In this document: piece by piece, positions 56,657 to 64,000 of the stretch
Layout: the number at the start of each line of letters is the position of its first letter
How positions within the stretch are numbered: position 1 is the first letter of the stretch
NCBI GenBank assembly: GCA_033442325.1
Contig: JAWQFM010000001.1
Span: 755,416-819,415, forward strand
Source of the DNA: Salpingoeca rosetta
Taxonomy: Eukaryota; Protista; Choanoflagellata
Direction of reading: 5' to 3'
Length of the DNA: 64,000 bases
Made by a program: the position numbers and the translations under genes
Notes under the pieces: model-generated
Told to the model about the DNA's origin: nothing
Database searches by the model: none
What the model saw: the letters and a program-made list of their open reading frames with translations, nothing else

Positions 56657-57287
56657 CACACACACACACTCACGTACGTTCGTTATCACGCTGACGTACC
56701 CACCTCCCACCTACGTGCGTGTTGCAGTTCCCGAGAAGTCGACCGACTTTCCCCCAGAGTATCTTGAGCGCGTGAAGCAGACGCACGAGAACGGCGGCGG
56801 CTATGGCAGCCAGGGGTGCGCTCACAACCATCATCATCATGACGACACACAGTGGGAGGGAGGGAGGGAGGGAGGGAGGCTGTTCGTTGGTGGAGGTGGA
56901 GTTGTACAGACGTTTCTTGTTGTTGGCACGGGCGCTTGCTATTGGTGAACGCAGTGTTGCGCGCTTATGTGCGGCCACCCTTTGTCTACCGCTCAACCTT
57001 TTCATTTCATGCGTGTGTACACGTGTGTGTGTCGATTTCAGGTATGAGTACGACTGGAAGCTTGAGGAGGCGCAGAAGAACATCCTGCGCACGCACACGA
57101 CGGCCGTTAGCGCTCGCATGCTGTACAAACTCGCACAGAACGTACGTCGCAGTAGTGTGAGGCAGCTGGTCTAACGCGTGCAGCTTGTAATTAGGCTGAT
57201 GCCCCCGCATACACTCGTTTCTCGTGTTAGTTTTGCATGGCGATGTGCGATTTGTCTCGGTTTTTATCAACTCACTCACCCACACAC

Positions 57288-57318
<31 letters not shown>

Positions 57319-58690
57319 CCCACCCACCCACACGCACACACACACGCACACACACACACACACACGCACACGACACATGTTTGTTGGTGTGGGAGCAGAA
57401 GCCGTTCAAGCCCGTGAAGTACTTCTCGATTGACCGCGTGTTCCGCAACGAAACGCTCGACGCCACACATCTCGCCGAGTTCCACCAGGTCCGTGCACAA
57501 GCACATACCCACACACACACACACACCCCGCACACACATACACACCCGCACATACACACCCGCACATACCCACACACACACACACACACCGCACACACAC
57601 ACACACACACATACACACACACACACACTCTCTCTCACGCACCCTGCCACCCCGACTCCCCCGCTCATTACCCTTTAACCAAACCCGCCTGTGACCTGTG
57701 CAGATTGAGGGCGTGATTGCGGATTACAACCTGACGCTCGGGGATCTCATTGGGACGCTGGAGTCGTTCTTCAAGCGGCTTGGCATTGAGGACCTTCGCT
57801 TCAAGCCGGCGTACAACCCGTACACGGAGCCCTCCATGGAGGTCTTCTCCTACCACAAGGGGCTCGACAAGGTCGTCGAGATTGGCAACTCAGGTCCGTT
57901 GCGCATGCGTGTATGTAAAGTGTGTGGGCGTGTGTGTGCGTGTGTAATGTGCGTGTGCGTGCACCGTGTGTAATGTGCGTGTGCGTGTGTGAGTGCGTGT
58001 GTGCGTGCGTGCATGCGTGTGTGTGTGAGTGCGTGTTTGGTCTGTGGTGCATTGGGAGCGCCGTCCTTCCCTTTTGCATCACTTCACATGGGCATCTCAT
58101 TGAACTACTCCCGCCACCACGCGTTGCAGGCATTTTCCGACCGGAGATGCTGCGGCCGATGGGCCTGCCGGAGGACGTCGTCGTCATCGCGTGGGGTCTC
58201 TCCCTCGAGCGGTCAGTCGTCCACAACACGCACACGCAGACACACAAAGACACACACACACACGCACACAGACACAGATACGCACACAGACACACACAGA
58301 CACACACACACACAGACAGAGACAGAAACACATATGTACACACATCTTCAACTGCTCATGTGGCGCGTGGCTGTGCGTGTGCAGGCCCACGATGATCAAG
58401 TACGGGTACTCCAACATCCGCGACCTCATTGGCCCAAAGGTGTGAATTATGATACTCCCGTCTGTACCCGACAAGCCACAAGCCACTGTCGTGTGCCATG
58501 TGCACGCTTGAGATCACACGCGCGTGCGCGTGCCCCTTTGCGTCCTCGATTGTGTTCTTGTCCACCACTACCAAGTGCTCACATGCTCACATCATGTGCA
58601 TCTGCCCTCTATTTCTCCCTCGTCGTTGGTTCATGACATCATCAGGTCAACCTCCTCGCTGCAAAGGAGAAGCCAATCGTGCGCATCTGA
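53744..58690 (+). CDS. FARSA: Cytosolic phenylalanyl-tRNA synthetase alpha subunit, multi-exon
   Basis: [142 protein letters not shown]. Confidence 0.97.
56090..56222. repeat. Intronic G-rich minisatellite, ~15-bp unit GGTGGTGGTGGCATT
   Basis: Read directly inside a FARSA intron. Confidence 0.85.
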
Positions 58691-59066
58691 GCGCCCCCCC
58701 CCTCCGTTGCCCTGTTGGCGATGATGGGTGGTGTTTGCTGCTCGCGTTGCTCTTGCCATCATTGTCATCGTTGCAATCGTTTCCATTGTTTCCGTTCTTC
58801 ACCGTCGTAGTTTCCCCCCTCTGCCCCCTTTGTTCTTGTGCATGTGTGTGTATGTGTGTCTGGTCTTGCTGCACAGTTCTTCTTAGCTACACGTGCAAAT
58901 GTGAGTGCGAGTCTCTTCGTCTAGTTGGTTGGTTTGTCTTTAAACACACCGTTGAACAGCGGGTCAACAACCATCCTAGCGTGAATGAACATCCTAGCGT
59001 GGGCGAAGCCCACATGGATACAGACAGGGACAAGCAACACACACACGCACACACACACACACACAC

Positions 59067-59121
<55 letters not shown>

Positions 59122-59130
59122 CTTTGCAGA

Positions 59131-60653
<1,523 letters not shown>

Positions 60654-61011
60654 TGTTTGCGGTGATGAGCACGAGCAAGCCGCTTCGAAGCGACAGAGTC
60701 GAGGGGAACTTGGTGAGTGTGGGGACCGATGTTGTTGTTGTGCCACGACTTGCTTCTTCTTTGGTTGCGGTTGTGGTGTTGGTCGTGGTGCTGTCCTGCG
60801 GGCGAAAACAATTGCACTCAATCGCCACCACCCTATCTCGTTTGTGTGTGTTTGTTTGTTTGTTTGTTGCGCATTCATCATTGCATTCACACACACATTC
60901 CTCTGTCAAAGCAGCAACCAGCCACCCCAACGCATCACCGTCGTCGTCATCGTCGTCGTCGTCCTTCACCAGCCAGCCGAGGTTGCTTGTCGCCAGCACG
61001 CCTGCACAACG

Positions 61012-61064
61012 ATGCCTCCCGCAAAACGAGGAAAGGCCTCAACAAAGGCCCCAGCGGTGAGCCT

Positions 61065-61097
<33 letters not shown>

Positions 61098-62789
61098 GTG
61101 TGTGTGTGTGGTGTGTGGATGTATGTTGTATCTGCGCTGTGTTTGGTGGTGTGGTCGGTTCCTCACGCCTTCCTTCGTGTGCCTGCCTGGTGTTGCCCCG
61201 CGTCCTCCAACTGCTCCCAGACCACCGTCCCAAAAACGTGAGTTCAGCGTTTGTTATGCTTGTGTTGCTGCCTTTGTTTGGCCGGGGTTGGTTTTGCCAG
61301 AAGCAAACCATCTGCGCGCGCACAGCCATGTTCCTCTCTGACTCAGATTGTGCCACGGCGTGTATGCATGGCTCTGTGCTGTAGGCCAACACCTGCACCA
61401 AAGTCCCGCAAGAAGGCCGCCTCAGGCGAGAAGAAGACCAAGGAACTGGAACGCAACAGGTCAGCTTGCGTGCCCACATGTGCTGGATGCACCTTTGCCC
61501 TGCATTGTGTCCATGCTCCATGCTCCATGCTCCATGCTCCATGCTCCGTGCTCTTTCTTTCTTTGTGTGTGCGTGTGTGTGTGTGTGTGTGCGTGTGTGT
61601 GTGTCGGTGATACATGTGCTGCGCATAATCTTTGGTGTTGGTTCTTCTGTGGCCATTCAGTCTCATCTGCTTTTGCCTGATTTAACCTACGGGATCTCCC
61701 AACATCAATCCACACCATCAACAGAGCTGCCGCCACCCGCTGCCGCGAGCGCAAGAAGCAACGCAAACAGCATCTGCAGCAGCGTGAAAATGCCCTCGTG
61801 CAAGAGAACAAACAAGCCCTGGTACGTGCGTGCGTGTGCGTGTGTGTGCGTGCGTGTGCGTGTGTGCGCGTGCGTGTGCGTGTGTGTGCGTGTGTGTGCG
61901 TGTGTGTGCGTGTGTGTGCGTGTGCGTGCGTGTGTGTGCGTGTGTGTGCGTGTGTGCGCGCGTGTGTGTGTTTGAGCCGTTGTGTGTGTATGTGTGTGTA
62001 TGTGTGTGTTGTCTTGTCTCTGACCGTGCCGCTCTCTCCCCCCTGCCTTTTCCCTTCTCCCTTCCCCCCCTTCTGCTTCCCTTTTCTGCATCCCCTCTCC
62101 CGCTTCTCCCCTCCCGCTTCTCTCTTCCTCATCGATGCGCACCGTCCTTCGCGTTTGTGCTTCGTTGTAGGAGGAAATGAAGCGGTTGCGAGAGGAAATT
62201 GCTTCGCTCAAGAGCGTGCTGCGAGAACGCCGGGTACGTTCCATGACACCTCAGCAGTGTGAGAAGGGTTTGGGTGCGTGCCGTTGCGTCGACTACCACC
62301 GGCACCACCACCGCCACAACCACAGCCGCCGCCACCACTTCACCTCCCTCCATACGTGCACGCTGTGCAACCCCCCTCCCCCTTTTCTTACCCCTTTGCT
62401 CCCCAACCGCACCTCAAACAAACAAACAAACAAACACCATCTTGCAGGGCCAAGATTTTATTGCGCGGATGGGGCTGTCGGAGTACTCGGAAGAAACGTT
62501 TGACATCAACACGTTGTTCAGCGCAACACAGCAGGCCACACAGGAAGTGCCGGCCTCACCTGCTTCATCGGTCACCACCACTTCCCCAACGAACAACACA
62601 ACAGCAACGACAACGACAGCGACAATGCAAGCAACAGCGACGGCTGCGGGGCCGGCGCTTGGAATGCCTCCAGCAGCGGTCAACGGTACCACGCCATCGT
62701 ATCAAATGCCCGCTGACGCAGCACTCTCCCAGGGCCTTCCCTCAGTTCCCACAGACAACCAGTTCAACGGCCTCAACTACTCTGGCTGA
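61012..62789 (+). CDS. bZIP transcription factor, ATF2/ATF7/CREB5-like basic region, 6 exons including a 17-nt micro-exon
   Basis: Spliced sequence ELERNRAAATRCRERKKQRKQHLQQRENALVQENKQALEEMKRLREEIASLKSVL, followed by an acidic, Thr/Ala/Pro-rich tail. Confidence 0.85.
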
Positions 62790-63699
62790 TAAATGTTGAT
62801 TGGAGTGTCATGTTGTGCTTTGTTTGCTTGTTGTAAAGTGTAACCTATCGCAAGCATTGATGGTGTTGACTGTGTTCACTTGTGTGCGTTAACTTGTGTG
62901 CGTGTGTGCAGCGCGGTTGAGCGCTGTTGTTATCCCCGCCGTCCATGTCCAACCAGACCTGATGATGATGATGATGATGCTGTTACCTGCACCAGCCCAG
63001 TTGCTCTTTCCCCTGTTTTGTTCATTACCTGTCGCACGTCGCTTGGTCAAGTGAAATGAGGGAGGGAATTGAGGTGTGCGGAGGCGTGTCACGGTGTGCC
63101 TGTGTTCTCCTTCTTCTCACTCTTGGCTAATCCCTCGACATCCCTTTCGTTCTTCCAACCAACATGCACGCCCACGACGTGTGTGTTGCCTTGTCGCATA
63201 TCCATTACAATACAGTCAGCAAAGACCGTCTCCTCCTCCCACGACACCCATCCAGACACACACACACACACTCTCTCTCTCCCCTCTGTCAAGTACTGCC
63301 ACACAGCAAGCTACGAAAGGAAGACCCAGCTGACAGCAAGCAAGAGCACGAGAGCAAAGCCAACCACTCAAGCAGACAAACAAGCAGCTGCTTCCGCTTC
63401 CCGAGCGCAAATCCACACACGATCGCCACCACCGCATCGCTCACAGCAGCATGAGATTTTCCATGGAAGATTTAGGTGAAACGCCCATTTCCCGGAGGCA
63501 GTGCCACGCCATCAACCAGTGCGCGAGTTGCTTCGCCTTGCCTTGCTGTGTCTTACCGTGCCTCGACTTGCTTCATGTTGTCGCCATCGTCGCCCGTCAA
63601 CGCTTCACTTACATTGCTTGGCTTTGCCGCAACTGTTGATTGCAGCAGCAAAGCAAGAGACAAGGAAGCAAAGAAGCAAGAGGAGGAGCAAGCACCACC

Positions 63700-63777
63700 A
63701 TGGCCTTCTTGTGGTCTGCCAGTGATGCAAGCGGACCCCTGGTTCCTTCATCAAAGTCCGACTATCGCCCCATCAAG
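63700..63777 (+). CDS. Probable first coding exon of a gene running off the window (MAFLWSASDASGPLVPSSKSDYRPIK)
   Basis: Good ATG context (accaccATGG) after a purine-rich leader, ends AAG|GT and is followed by CA-rich intron-like DNA. Confidence 0.4.
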
Positions 63778-63952
63778 GTGTGATTCCCTTGATTGCTTTG
63801 CTTCTCTTTCGAACAGCGGCACTCACCTGTATCGCTGCACTTTCATTTCCACAACGCAAACGAACTGCCACACTCACGCACACGCGCACTCACACGCACA
63901 CACACACACACACACACACACCCACCACCACACACACCCACACACACACTCA

Positions 63953-64000
<48 letters not shown>

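Overview
Eukaryotic, intron-dense, GC-rich genomic DNA in which most introns contain (GT)n/(CA)n microsatellites. The style and gene content suggest a choanoflagellate, most likely Salpingoeca rosetta (inference). Most ORFs in the supplied track are artefacts of stop-free dinucleotide repeats, so genes were assembled by hand from GT-AG exons. Gene order: TLC-domain membrane protein (-), small HERC RCC1+HECT E3 ligase (+), C1-THF synthase MTHFD1 (-), orphan Cys-motif ORF in a repeat-flanked island (+), HEATR3/Syo1 (-), RPL36 (-), MSH3 (+), candidate 53-aa membrane microprotein (-), UBE2G1 (+), RHBDD2-like pseudo-rhomboid (-), POMGNT2-like GT61+FnIII (+), BBOF1/CCDC176 (-), FARSA (+), DUF268 putative methyltransferase (-), ATF2-like bZIP (+), and a probable first exon at the right edge. 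Main observations: (1) complementary GU and CA tracts sit at opposite ends of several introns, some without a polypyrimidine tract, which may indicate RNA-structure-bridged splicing; (2) the single DUF268 intron is flanked by a perfect 10-bp direct repeat, a sign of intron gain; (3) a full-length POMGNT2 (dystroglycan core-M3 enzyme) occurs in an apparently non-animal genome; (4) genes are almost strictly paired head-to-head, and two orphan ORFs complete that pattern. No rRNA, tRNA, CRISPR array or transposase was recognised.
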